Below are positions 8,039 to 16,824 of a DNA stretch of 38,403 nucleotides, piece after piece (the stretch's first letter is position 1; each line of letters begins with the position of its first letter). Location: positions 1 to 38,403 of the forward strand of contig SKQX01000195.1 in the NCBI GenBank assembly GCA_007118795.1, written 5' to 3'. Below the pieces are notes generated by a model. The model saw nothing but the letters and a program-made list of their open reading frames with translations. It made no database searches and had not been told where the DNA came from. The position numbers were made by a program, and so were the translations under genes. The DNA comes from Thermoflexales bacterium (GTDB lineage: Bacteria; Chloroflexota; Anaerolineae; B4-G1).

Positions 8039-8530
8039 AGTATGAGGTTGCAGGTACAGAGAACATGGGCAGCCTGGGTAACCCCAGCTAGAGCGGTATG
8101 CGAATGACACTCCCTGGGTGAAGTAGTCTGCGCGATTGGCATGGGGATGAGGTCGGACCTGACCGCCTGCTGCTGATGGAGCTGAAAGCAAGTATCATTG
8201 CGAACCAGGGGAGGGAGCCGGTGCTAAGAGCGCTACTGCCGGTCGCTACCAAGGAAGTGGTGGTCTTGCGCAACCGCAGGAGGTCGAGTTTGCAAGCAGA
8301 TGCCACAGGCGGCTTAGGGCTCGTTGAAGCGGTAGAGACACGGTGGACGAGGCGTGCTTAGCCAAGGACGCTGGACATGAGCGAGACACCGGAAGGTGTT
8401 GGCCTGACGCCACTCGGTTGAGCTGCGTGGCTAACCGCAAGCGGGGCCCTCGTGGGAAGCTTCTTCCATTGAGAGGTACGCACGCACAACAGTTCGCTCA
8501 GACAGACGGGGACCTGCTACCTCATCCCGT
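8039..8530 (+). ncRNA. Candidate large structured RNA or very long structured 5' leader of the VOC gene (unclassified)
   Basis: All three plus frames carry frequent stops. The region starts right after the 8004-8032 promoter. ATGAGGTTGCAGGT (8042-8055) pairs 13/14 with ACCTGCTACCTCAT (8512-8525). Internal hairpins are CTGGG-TAAC-CCCAG (8074-8087) and ACACC-GGAA-GGTGT (8386-8399, a GNRA loop). I found no match to RNase P, tmRNA, SRP, 6S or any riboswitch core I know. Confidence 0.3.
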
Positions 8531-8562
8531 TTACCGCTGGGCCAAAGTGTAGGAGGTTTGAG

Positions 8563-8910
8563 ATGGAGACTCGACTTACGCACGTCAGGGCGAATGTGCG
8601 GAAGCTCCAGGAAGCGGTCGCCTGGTACTCGGAGATGCTGGGCTTCGAAGTACAGAATGTGTGGCCGCCCGATGGACCCAACTACGTCGATTTCGTGTCT
8701 GCAGAGGGTGCCGCTTTTTCGCTTATGGTCGCGGACCCGGTGCCTTCTGGCGGTCGATTCAACTTCTCGGTCAGAAACGTCGACACCCTATGGCGCGCCT
8801 TGAGGGAAAGGGTGGAGGTGGTCGAACCGCTGTTCGAGACGGCGTATGGGAGTCGCAAGTTCACCATCCGAGACCTGGATGGCAACGAATTGGGTTTCGT
8901 AGAAGGGTAA
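8563..8910 (+). CDS. VOC/glyoxalase-bleomycin resistance family protein
   Basis: The 115-aa protein reads THVRANVRKLQEAVAWYSEMLGFEV...FTIRDLDGNELGFVEG, a typical single VOC module. The SD AGGAGG (8551-8556) is 6 nt upstream of the ATG. Confidence 0.85.
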   Translation: METRLTHVRANVRKLQEAVAWYSEMLGFEVQNVWPPDGPNYVDFVSAEGAAFSLMVADPVPSGGRFNFSVRNVDTLWRALRERVEVVEPLFETAYGSRKFTIRDLDGNELGFVEG

Positions 8911-8933
8911 GCACTTCGGACGCGGAGCCTCGG

Positions 8934-8964
8934 AGCAGCGTCTCGCGGGAAGAGACACGCTGCT
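8934..8964 (+). terminator. Hairpin downstream of the VOC gene
   Basis: AGCAGCGTCTC, loop GCGGGAA, then GAGACACGCTGCT, with one bulged A. It has only a weak T-tract. Confidence 0.3.
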
Positions 8965-9090
8965 GGAATTGTGCGGATGGGGAACTGAGTTGAACCGCTC
9001 AACCGTGGGCTGTCCGAAGGGAAGGCGGCAACTCAGAGAGCTAGTAGAGACCACGGCGTCAGGTAGGGCTGGGGCAGTGGTTCCCCAGCA

Positions 9091-9125
9091 ATCGAAGAAG
9101 CCCCGAGACTGACAAATCTCGGGGC
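9091..9125 (-). terminator. Rho-independent-type terminator of kbl
   Basis: On the minus strand GCCCCGAGA-TTTGTCAG-TCTCGGGGC forms a perfect 9-bp stem (9100-9125). It is followed by TTCTTCGAT, 33 nt after the kbl stop. Confidence 0.55.
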
Positions 9126-9157
9126 TCCATCCCTGCTTGCCTACAGCCAGAGAAGAT

Positions 9158-10360
9158 CTAGATGAGAGCCAGTTGCTCCCCGCCCTTCCTGAAGGCTTGT
9201 ACGGCGGTGTCCAGCTGATCCGTGGTGTGTTCGGAGCAGAGTTGGACCCGAATCCTGGCCTTGTCCCGGGCGACCATCGGGTAGACGATGGGCAGCACGT
9301 ATATGCCCTCTTGCCAGACGAAATCCGCCAGTTCTTTAGCCGTCTTACTGTCGCCGCACATGATGGGCACGATGGGCGTCTCACTGTGGCCGGTGTCGAA
9401 ACCGAGCTCCTTCATCTTGTCCAAGAAGTAAGCCCGATTATCCCATACCCGTTCGACGCGCTCTGGGTTCTCCGTCATAACGTCTATGGCCGCGACTGTC
9501 GCCGCCGCAACTCCGGGCGGCAGGGCTCCGCTCAGCAACCAGGTGCGAGCCTTGTTCATGGAGAAGTTGATTAGCTCCTCGCTTCCGCTAATATGACCAC
9601 CCACGATGCCGAAGGCCTTGGAGAAGGTGCCCATCTCGGCGTGGACCTGATCACGAGTGAGTCCGAAATGGTTGACAATGCCCCGTCCCCCCTCTCCGAG
9701 TACCCCCTCGCCGTGCGCGTCGTCGACGTAGACACCAGCCCCGTGTTCCGCGGCGATCTCGGCGATCTGGGGCAACGGAGCCAGATCACCATCCATGCTG
9801 AAAACTCCATCCGTGACGATCCATATGTGCTCGTATGTGGGCTGATGAGTCTCAGCTTCCTCCATGATGCGAGCCAGATCGTCGACGTCTTTGTGCCTGT
9901 AGATGGCCTTGTCGGCCTTGGTCAGGCGGATGCCGTCAATGATGGAGCCGTGGTTCAGCTCATCGGAGACATAGAGATCACCGGCTCCGGCGAGCTGCGA
10001 GACAATACCCTGGTTGGTCATGTAACCGGTCTGGAAGGTGAGGGACGCCGGGGCCCCTTTGAACTCCGCGAGGCGCCGATCGAGGGCGCGGTGGAGGGAC
10101 ATGTCTCCCGCGATGGAGCGATCGCTCCCCGCCCCTGCGCCATATTTTTCGGTGGCAGCGATCATAGCGTCGACGACACGAGGGTGGGTCGATAGGTTCA
10201 GGTAGTTGTTGGAACAGAGCACAATCACCTGTCTGCCCTCAACCAGCGAGGTGGGCTCGCTAGGTCCCTGGAGCTCGCGGGGTTCCCAGGTCAGTCCCTC
10301 CTCCTTCAAGCGTTCATACTCATCACCCAGGTACTCAATTGGTTCTCGTCCGATTGTCAT
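9158..10360 (-). CDS. kbl: Glycine C-acetyltransferase (2-amino-3-ketobutyrate CoA ligase)
   Basis: This is an alpha-oxoamine synthase fold: NNYLNLSTHPRV, DELNHGSIIDGIRL, YVDDAHGEG, and the PLP-lysine context GTFSKAFG. It is adjacent to tdh. I prefer the ATG at 10360, where GGGAGG sits 8 nt upstream, over the track TTG at 10390. Confidence 0.9.
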   Translation of the reverse strand: MTIGREPIEYLGDEYERLKEEGLTWEPRELQGPSEPTSLVEGRQVIVLCSNNYLNLSTHPRVVDAMIAATEKYGAGAGSDRSIAGDMSLHRALDRRLAEFKGAPASLTFQTGYMTNQGIVSQLAGAGDLYVSDELNHGSIIDGIRLTKADKAIYRHKDVDDLARIMEEAETHQPTYEHIWIVTDGVFSMDGDLAPLPQIAEIAAEHGAGVYVDDAHGEGVLGEGGRGIVNHFGLTRDQVHAEMGTFSKAFGIVGGHISGSEELINFSMNKARTWLLSGALPPGVAAATVAAIDVMTENPERVERVWDNRAYFLDKMKELGFDTGHSETPIVPIMCGDSKTAKELADFVWQEGIYVLPIVYPMVARDKARIRVQLCSEHTTDQLDTAVQAFRKGGEQLALI

Positions 10361-10457
10361 CTGTGTGACCTCCCGTTTCGCTATGGTCAAGTCGTGTATC
10401 GCAGCAGGTAGAGGCTGATCCGAAATGCCAGGGAGTGGAACTCCGGTCTGCTCCCTC

Positions 10458-11432
10458 TTAGTCCCCCATCCGCTGCTCCAGTTTCTCCAGCATGTCCTCT
10501 ACCATCGTGGAGAGGTCATAGGCTGGCTTCCAGCCCCACTCCTCCCGTGCTGCCGAGTCATCGATCGTGCAGGGCCAAGACTCCGCGATCTGCTGGCGGT
10601 AGTCAGGCTCGTACTCGATCTCAAATGCCGGCATGTGCTTCCTGATCTCTGCAGCTAGCTCCTCCGGCGAGAAGCTAAAGCCGGTCAAGTTGAAGTCGGC
10701 ATGATGCTCGAGTTGCTCGAAGTCAGCATCCATCAACATAAGTGTTGCCCGAATGCAGTCAGGCATATACATCATCGGCAGGACGGTATCCCTCTCCAGA
10801 AAACAGGTGTAACGCTGATTCTTGAGCGCCTCGTAGAAGATCTCCACGGCGTAGTCGGTGGTGCCCCCTCCAGGCAACGTCTGGCTGCTGATAATACCCG
10901 GATAGCGCACGCCACGCACGTCCAAGCCGAACCGATCTACGTAGTAGTCGCAGAGTAGCTCTCCGGAAACCTTCGTGACCCCGTACATCGTGGTCGGCCG
11001 CAAGATAGTCTCCTGCGGCGTGTCATGCTTCGGCGTGTCCGGTCCGAAGACGGCCATAGAGCTGGGCCAGAAAACCTGCGACATCTCTCGTTCCCGGGCC
11101 ATTTCGAGAACGTTGACCAAGCCATCGAGGTTCACTTGCCAAGTAAGCTGAGGTTTTTCTTCACCGACCGCAGATAAGATGGCCGCCAGGTGGTAGATGG
11201 TGTTGATCCGATACTCATCGATCACCTCGCGTATCATGTCTCTTCGTGTGACGTCGAGATATACGAAGGGACCAGAATCGCGCAGCTCCGCCTCGGGCTC
11301 GGTCTTATGTCCTGCGGCGACCACGTTCTGTCCCCCATATCGCGCGCGCAGCGCCATAGCCAACTCCGAGCCGATCTGTCCAACGGCGCCAGTCAGCAGT
11401 ATCCTCGACTTTTCAGATTTGGCTCCCATCAT
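10458..11432 (-). CDS. tdh: L-threonine 3-dehydrogenase of the NAD-dependent epimerase/dehydratase (extended SDR) type
   Basis: It has the Rossmann motif LLTGAVGQIGSEL and the YGVTK catalytic Tyr-x3-Lys. The operon partner is kbl. The start is either of the tandem ATGs at 11432 and 11429, with GGAGGA immediately upstream. Confidence 0.8.
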   Translation of the reverse strand: MMGAKSEKSRILLTGAVGQIGSELAMALRARYGGQNVVAAGHKTEPEAELRDSGPFVYLDVTRRDMIREVIDEYRINTIYHLAAILSAVGEEKPQLTWQVNLDGLVNVLEMAREREMSQVFWPSSMAVFGPDTPKHDTPQETILRPTTMYGVTKVSGELLCDYYVDRFGLDVRGVRYPGIISSQTLPGGGTTDYAVEIFYEALKNQRYTCFLERDTVLPMMYMPDCIRATLMLMDADFEQLEHHADFNLTGFSFSPEELAAEIRKHMPAFEIEYEPDYRQQIAESWPCTIDDSAAREEWGWKPAYDLSTMVEDMLEKLEQRMGD

Positions 11433-11604
11433 TCCTCCGGTTGGTCCTCTGGGGACCAGTGCACGTGACCTACTCAGTTTGGCTTAGCTGGTTCAAAAGG
11501 GGTAAGACCATAGTCTCCGTGGCCTAGGGCGGCTCTCCGATTCCCCCAGGGTCCTATGCGAGAGACTCCTACAGACCACCGATAGCGACCTTACCCCGCG
11601 AGAG

Positions 11605-11653
11605 AGTATAGCACACTGCGTCTCTTTTTCCAATGGGCTCGCTGTGCTATAAT
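11605..11653. promoter_or_regulatory. Pair of mirrored extended -10 elements for divergent transcription (tdh-kbl leftward, GH36 rightward)
   Basis: Minus-strand TGCTATACT is the complement of 11605-11613, with TTGGAA 17 nt upstream. Plus-strand TGCTATAAT is at 11645-11653. Both share TGTGCTATA, which creates a 9-bp inverted repeat separated by 27 nt. Confidence 0.35.
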
Positions 11654-11687
11654 GAAGAGCAGGATCTGCCTGGATACAGAGGGGGAG

Positions 11688-13928
11688 ATGATGAGGAACG
11701 CCGTCGGTGGGGGAACACCGGTCTGGACGGAACCAGGCCGCGCCGCTATTATTCGTTACCGCCTGGGCGATGAGAGTCGGGTGATGCGGCTTGACGAACC
11801 GAATCACACCCGCCATCTTGAGGGACTGCGTTTCATCTGGCGGTGGCAGCCAGAGGACGGTGACTTCGGTGTCGAGATTCCCGGGTACCGGATGTGGGTG
11901 CGGGTGACCCACCGAGGCAACGTCCCTGCTTATATCGACGAAGTCGATGTGCTCGCGGCCCCGATGCCCCACCTCGGTGCGACACCGCGGAAGTGGAGTG
12001 TCTACCAGAATGGCTGGCAGTCTTGGTCGCCCGCTTTCGCCCGCCATCTGGGGAACGGCCTCCACACAACCCCGGGTACCGACAGTTACCAACGGCAGCA
12101 CCAGCCCCATTGGCAGCCCGGAGAAGACGGCTCGATCGGATCGGAGTGGCTGACAGTGGTCTCCACTTCGACGGCTCAAGGACGGGCAGCGCTGCTGGTG
12201 GGCTTCGTCACCACTGAGCGTCAGTTGGCCGAAGTTCGTCTCAAGGAGGATGGATCGGAGCTGATCGCCCGATGCTACTTCGATGGCATTCGGCTAGATC
12301 CCGGTGATTCAGCCCGTTCCGAGCTGTTGGTGATCCAAGTCGGGCCGGATCCCCTGGAGCTACTGGAGTGGTGGAGTGAGGAAACGGGGCGTCAGATGGG
12401 AGCCCGCATCCCCAAGAATCCCCCGACTGGATGGTGTTCGTGGTATACGTTTTACGGAGAGAACACGGCTGAGGACATAGCGAATAACGTGGCGGCCATC
12501 GATAGGCACGATCTACCTCTGGATGTGATCCTCATTGACGATGGCTACCAAACCGCGATCGGAGACTGGTTCTCAGTGGATAAGACCAAGTTCCCGGGCG
12601 GAATGGAGCCGGTGGCGGATAAGATCCGCCAGGCAGGGCGTCAGGTCGGAATCTGGACCGCCCCCTTCGGTGCTGCGGCTGATTCACAGCTATTTGCCAC
12701 TCATCCCGACTGGGTTCTCCGGGATGAAAATGACGAGCCGGTCGTGGGATGGGAGCATTGGGGGAAGACTTGCTATGCACTTGACGCCACCCATCCCGAG
12801 GTCCTGGAGTGGCTGGCAGCGACGTTCCAGCGGATGCAGCGCGAGTGGGAAGTCTCCTTTTTCAAGATTGATTTCCTGTTTGCGGCGGCGCACCGGGGAG
12901 AGCATCGTGACAGCTTTGCTACCCGCGCTCAGGCTCTGCGGCGCGGGGTGGAGGCCATTCGGAAGGCTATCGGGCCGAAAGCCTTTCTCCTCGGCTGTGG
13001 TGCACCACTCGGCTCGTGCGTGGGTCTGGTGGACGGTATGCGCATTGGGCCAGATGTGGATCCAAACTGGCATCCGGTCTGGCGACACGACCTCAGCTCT
13101 GTATCCACCCAAAACGCGCTGCGTAACGTCATCACGCGCGCTCCGTTTCATGGGCGTCTCTGGGGAAACGACCCTGACTGCTTACTGGTTCGCGGCCGGG
13201 GTGATGACATGGATCTGGCGTTAAATGAAGTGCGGACGCTGGTGACACTGGTGGCGTTATCGGGTGGGCTGACCCTGGATTCCGACGATCTATCCGAAAT
13301 CGAGCCTGGACGCCTGAAGTACCTGCGGCAAGCACTGCCGCCGACGGGCATCTCGGCTCGTCCCCTCGATCTGTTCGAACGCGAGATGCCGCGTCTGTTT
13401 CTACTGTCTGTAGAGCGGGACTGGGGACGGTGGTGGGTTGCCGGGGTGATGAACTGGGAGAGGCAGACCACCGAGACGGTCATCCAGCTGGGCGACTTAG
13501 GGCTGCCACCGGGACGTTATCACGTCTTCCACTACTGGCGCCGCCGTTATCTGGGGATCGTCGATGACACGGTGGCGCTTCGCCGGCATGAGCCCCACGA
13601 GACGGTGGCTCTGCTCTTCCGGCCCGTCTCCGACCGACCCGATTTGTTGACCACAACGTTTCACGTGTGCCAGGGCACAACCGAGATCGCGAACTATGAG
13701 TTCGAGATCGTCGACGGGCGGGCGAAGATCCGGATCGTTCTGAGGAAGCGCGGTCGCCAGTTCGGGCGAGTGCTCTTCACTGTGCCCGGACGGTGGCGTG
13801 TGATAGAGGGGCGAGTGGACGGGCGTCGCCAAGCTCCGGTCGTGGATGCTCCTCACGTCATCAGCTTGGGACTCACCCTGGAGGAGCGAGCGGAAGTCGA
13901 GGTCAGCTTTGAGAGAACAAGGGCCTGA
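11688..13928 (+). CDS. GH36-family alpha-galactosidase
   Basis: Motifs seen are GWCSWYTFYGENTAEDI, VILIDDGYQTAIGDW, FFKIDFLFAAA and GCGAPLG...GMRIGPDV. The track start at 11652 lies inside the putative -10 element, so I prefer the ATG ATG at 11688/11691 after GAGGGGGAG. The exact start is uncertain. Confidence 0.85.
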   Translation: MMRNAVGGGTPVWTEPGRAAIIRYRLGDESRVMRLDEPNHTRHLEGLRFIWRWQPEDGDFGVEIPGYRMWVRVTHRGNVPAYIDEVDVLAAPMPHLGATPRKWSVYQNGWQSWSPAFARHLGNGLHTTPGTDSYQRQHQPHWQPGEDGSIGSEWLTVVSTSTAQGRAALLVGFVTTERQLAEVRLKEDGSELIARCYFDGIRLDPGDSARSELLVIQVGPDPLELLEWWSEETGRQMGARIPKNPPTGWCSWYTFYGENTAEDIANNVAAIDRHDLPLDVILIDDGYQTAIGDWFSVDKTKFPGGMEPVADKIRQAGRQVGIWTAPFGAAADSQLFATHPDWVLRDENDEPVVGWEHWGKTCYALDATHPEVLEWLAATFQRMQREWEVSFFKIDFLFAAAHRGEHRDSFATRAQALRRGVEAIRKAIGPKAFLLGCGAPLGSCVGLVDGMRIGPDVDPNWHPVWRHDLSSVSTQNALRNVITRAPFHGRLWGNDPDCLLVRGRGDDMDLALNEVRTLVTLVALSGGLTLDSDDLSEIEPGRLKYLRQALPPTGISARPLDLFEREMPRLFLLSVERDWGRWWVAGVMNWERQTTETVIQLGDLGLPPGRYHVFHYWRRRYLGIVDDTVALRRHEPHETVALLFRPVSDRPDLLTTTFHVCQGTTEIANYEFEIVDGRAKIRIVLRKRGRQFGRVLFTVPGRWRVIEGRVDGRRQAPVVDAPHVISLGLTLEERAEVEVSFERTRA

Positions 13929-14004
13929 AGCCGTATCGACCGCGCTTCGGGGGTCGACCGGGGACGGCGATCGAGGGGGCGGCCAACCAGAGCTGAAACC
14001 CACT

Positions 14005-16074
14005 ATGAGGGCCCTCGGGTCCTGGCTGTGTCGCGTGGTCGGTCCGCATCATCCCAACGTCGGTGATATGCGGGACCAGTACACAGAGAGCACCAGCTCG
14101 CCAGCGCGTGTTGTTACCCACCTCTACGCTGTGCCCATTGCGGTGCTCGGGCTGGTTTGGTTGATCGCGGTCACCGACGTGTCGCGCCTGGTAGAGCACT
14201 GGCAGATGGTGCTGATATTCGTGGCAATCGCTGTTCTGCTACGGCGCTGGGGCATCGTGCTATCCATCGGAGCCGATTCCGGAGACGAAGGGGAGATTCG
14301 CGGTTCACTGGAAGAAATCGTGTCCTGGTCAGCTGCCCTAGTACTCGGGCCCACGGGGGTATGGGTGGGGGCCGCGGGTACGCTGATTGACTGGGTCTCC
14401 CGTTCTCGGCCGCTATCGGGGCCGGCTCGGTGGCGGAACGCTGGCGAACTGAGTGTCGAGCTCAGCGGGATCACCGCTGCACTGCTCGCTCTGGCGGTCC
14501 ATCGACAGGTTGGCGGGGCTATTCCCATCAGTGGTGCGACCCTGGCCACATTGACCCCACCTCTCGTGGCCACGACGACACGGTTTCTCGTAGGCCAGCT
14601 GTTCGCGCTGCCAGCGCTCCTCCTCTGGAAGGATTCGCCGCGTCAGTGGCGAAAGACACCAAGCTTCGGCCGATCTCTCGCTTCTGCGACCGCCCTCCCG
14701 CTGCTAGCCAACTGCTTTGCCATCCTAGCCGCGTTGCTCTACACTGAGTTTGGGTTAGGTATCAGTCTATTCTTCGCTGGCGGAGTGGCCTTGACCAGTC
14801 TGCTGACCAACAGGCTGAGCAGCACGGCGATGGACAGCCGTCAGCGTCTGCGCAAACTCGAAAGACTGGAACGGCTAGGTCGGGACATCATCCAGACCCC
14901 GGTCGATCCGACCACGTTGTCGCAAATCCTGTCAAAGCACGTGCCGGGGATGTTCGCCCAGTCACAGATCGAGGTGCGACTGTTCCCCGATCAGATCATC
15001 TATCGTCATCCTGACGGCTGCTCGCCGCTGCCGGAGGCCGCCTGGGACTGGTTGCGAAAAAGATCCGGCGCGCACTGCCTGCTTCCGGATGAGCAGGTTC
15101 CCTGGAGAGAACAGGATAGGGAGGTTGGGCGGCCGGGCGCTAGGGTGCTGATCACGGCGCCGATCCTCAGATCGGAGGGCACCATCCCTATCGGTGGGGT
15201 CGTGCTGGCCAGAGGGACGACAGCTGCCGTGGGCCGTCGAGAGGTCGCCAGCGCTCTGCCTGCAGTCCAGACGTTGGCTTCACAGATCGGGTCAGCCCTT
15301 CAAGGCGCCGAGCTCTACCGGGTGGAACAAGAACTATCGCTGGCGGGGCAGATCCAGAGCAGTTTCCTTCCTGGGTCCTTGCCCGAGATCCCGGGCTGGC
15401 AGTTGGAGGCCGTCTTGAGACCCGCACATGAGACGGCGGGTGATTTCTACGACGTTATCCCCCTACCCAACGGACGGTTCGGCCTGGTAGTCGCAGACGT
15501 AGCCGGCAAAGGCATGGGAGCAGCGCTGTACATGGCCCTGGCCCGGACACTGCTCCGCACCTACGCCCTGGAGTACCATAATCGACCAGACTTCGCCATG
15601 AAAGTCACCAACCGGCGTATCCTGCTGGATACGGACGTGACTATGTTCGTCACCGTCTTCTACGGCGTCCTGGATCCGACAACGGGCACACTTACTTACT
15701 GCAATGCAGGTCACAGCCCCCCTTACCTTCGACGTACTGGGCGCGAAGGTAAGACCGAAAGACTCACCAGAACTGGGATGGCGCTGGGTGCGGTTCGCGG
15801 CGCCTCCTGGGAAGCGCGTTCCGTTCCGATGGGCGTCGGCGACACCCTGGTAATCCACTCAGACGGCATCATAGACGCCCAGAACGAACAAGGGGCATTC
15901 TTCGGGGAGGAAAGGTTGCGCCGAATTGTGACGGAGTCTGCAGGAGAATCAGCGCTTGCGCTTCAGACCGCGATGCTGCAGGCCAGTGAGGACTTCAGCG
16001 GTATGACTGGTCAGTTTGACGACATTACCCTCATGACACTGCTTCGGGCCAACGACCCCACGCTCACGGTATGA
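14005..16074 (+). CDS. Integral-membrane sensor with a GAF-like linker and a C-terminal PP2C/SpoIIE phosphatase
   Basis: About 300 aa of hydrophobic helices are followed by PP2C motifs: GDFYDVIPL, LVVADVAGKGMGAALYM, NAGHSPP, IHSDGIIDA, DDITLMTL. The track start at 13846 overlaps the GH36 3' end, so I use the ATG at 14005. The ATG at 14068 is also possible. Confidence 0.85.
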   Translation: MRALGSWLCRVVGPHHPNVGDMRDQYTESTSSPARVVTHLYAVPIAVLGLVWLIAVTDVSRLVEHWQMVLIFVAIAVLLRRWGIVLSIGADSGDEGEIRGSLEEIVSWSAALVLGPTGVWVGAAGTLIDWVSRSRPLSGPARWRNAGELSVELSGITAALLALAVHRQVGGAIPISGATLATLTPPLVATTTRFLVGQLFALPALLLWKDSPRQWRKTPSFGRSLASATALPLLANCFAILAALLYTEFGLGISLFFAGGVALTSLLTNRLSSTAMDSRQRLRKLERLERLGRDIIQTPVDPTTLSQILSKHVPGMFAQSQIEVRLFPDQIIYRHPDGCSPLPEAAWDWLRKRSGAHCLLPDEQVPWREQDREVGRPGARVLITAPILRSEGTIPIGGVVLARGTTAAVGRREVASALPAVQTLASQIGSALQGAELYRVEQELSLAGQIQSSFLPGSLPEIPGWQLEAVLRPAHETAGDFYDVIPLPNGRFGLVVADVAGKGMGAALYMALARTLLRTYALEYHNRPDFAMKVTNRRILLDTDVTMFVTVFYGVLDPTTGTLTYCNAGHSPPYLRRTGREGKTERLTRTGMALGAVRGASWEARSVPMGVGDTLVIHSDGIIDAQNEQGAFFGEERLRRIVTESAGESALALQTAMLQASEDFSGMTGQFDDITLMTLLRANDPTLTV

Positions 16075-16751
16075 ACCCAAACACAGAAGATGCCCTGGTC
16101 GCTCACCGCGCACTGTTGACGGCATATGGTGAACACATGTGGCGCCCTCACGACCCAATCGCAACGCTGATATCTACCATCATCTCCCAAAACACAAACG
16201 ATACCAACCGAGACGTAGCCTTTGAACGGTTGCGGGAGCGGTTTCCCAGTTGGGAGCAGGTCCGCGATGCGCCCGAGGAAGCCATCGTCGAAGCGATCCG
16301 GCCGGCGGGACTGGGACCGACAAAGGCACCGCGTATCCAGTCTGCCCTGCGCCGCGTTACGGAGAGAGCCGGGAAGATAAGCCTAGATTTCCTACGCGAC
16401 TTGCCCACGGAGGAGGCCCGTAGGTGGCTCATCGACCTTCCGGGAGTGGGTCCGAAGACTGCGGCGATTGTGCTTTGCTTTGCCCTGGGGAAGGCAGCTT
16501 TTCCTGTTGACACGCACGTGCACCGAGTCAGCCAGCGCCTCGGTCTCATCCCGAAGGGTACCAGCCGGGAAAGAGCGCACGATCTCTTGGAGGAGATTCT
16601 GCCCGAGCGAATCTACTACTCCTTCCATCTCAACCTCATTTCCCACGGGCGGACCATCTGTCACTCGCGGAACCCTGAGTGTGGGGCATGCGTGCTGCGT
16701 GAGGTCTGCGATTACTACGGCTCCCTGGTGGAGGAGGATGAGGGTCTCTGA
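16071..16751 (+). CDS. nth: Endonuclease III (HhH-GPD DNA glycosylase with a 4Fe-4S cluster)
   Basis: It has the HhH-GPD motif LPGVGPKTAAIVL, the catalytic Asp context VDTHVHRV, and the cluster CHSRNPECGACVLREVC (C-x6-C-x2-C-x5-C). Its ATGA start/stop overlaps the preceding gene. Confidence 0.9.
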   Translation: MNPNTEDALVAHRALLTAYGEHMWRPHDPIATLISTIISQNTNDTNRDVAFERLRERFPSWEQVRDAPEEAIVEAIRPAGLGPTKAPRIQSALRRVTERAGKISLDFLRDLPTEEARRWLIDLPGVGPKTAAIVLCFALGKAAFPVDTHVHRVSQRLGLIPKGTSRERAHDLLEEILPERIYYSFHLNLISHGRTICHSRNPECGACVLREVCDYYGSLVEEDEGL

Positions 16752-16824
16752 GTGGGGTTCTCGGCCGAACTGGGCAGCCGCCGGCACATCTGAGTTTGGG
16801 TTATCTCCTTGATGCGGATGATCG

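Noticed and set aside
8149-8190. SRP-RNA-like GGTCAGGTCCG (minus strand) and hammerhead-like CTGATGG...GAAA.
   Set aside because: The SRP match stops before the GGAA tetraloop and the symmetric loop. The hammerhead core would need CUGAUGA plus a real stem II, and neither is present.
8205-8245. Cobalamin-riboswitch-like string GGGAGCCGGTGCTAAGAGCGCTACTGCC, compared with GGGAAgcCGGTGaaAatCCg...GCCACTG.
   Set aside because: The B12 box is GCTACTG rather than GCCACTG and lacks the preceding CCC. The flanking conserved helices are not found. The downstream gene (VOC) is not a cobalamin-related target.
8060-8320. RNase P RNA-like sequence islands: GGGCAGCCTGGGTAACCCCAG resembles the P7-P9 region, GGTGCTAAGAGCGCTAC resembles GGUAAGAGCGCACC, and CACAGGCGGCTTAG resembles ACAGAAnCCGGCUUA.
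   Set aside because: The universally conserved CR-I element GAGGAAAGUCCGGGC is absent from the region on both strands. No partner exists for a P4 helix with the CGGCTTA segment. The similarities are short and could be chance.
11440-11600. Glycine-riboswitch-like fragments (GGAGAG ... CACGGAGAC) in the tdh-kbl leader on the minus strand.
   Set aside because: Only two short fragments resemble the consensus. CACCGAAGGGGCAA and the CUCAGGCAA element are absent. This is noted only as a possible leader about 165 nt long.
11493-12179. 228-aa minus-strand ORF spanning the tdh/GH36 intergenic region and the GH36 5' end.
   Set aside because: It crosses two putative promoters, lies antisense to a well-supported GH36 gene, and has no recognisable motif. 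Its composition is typical of off-frame translation in GC-rich DNA.
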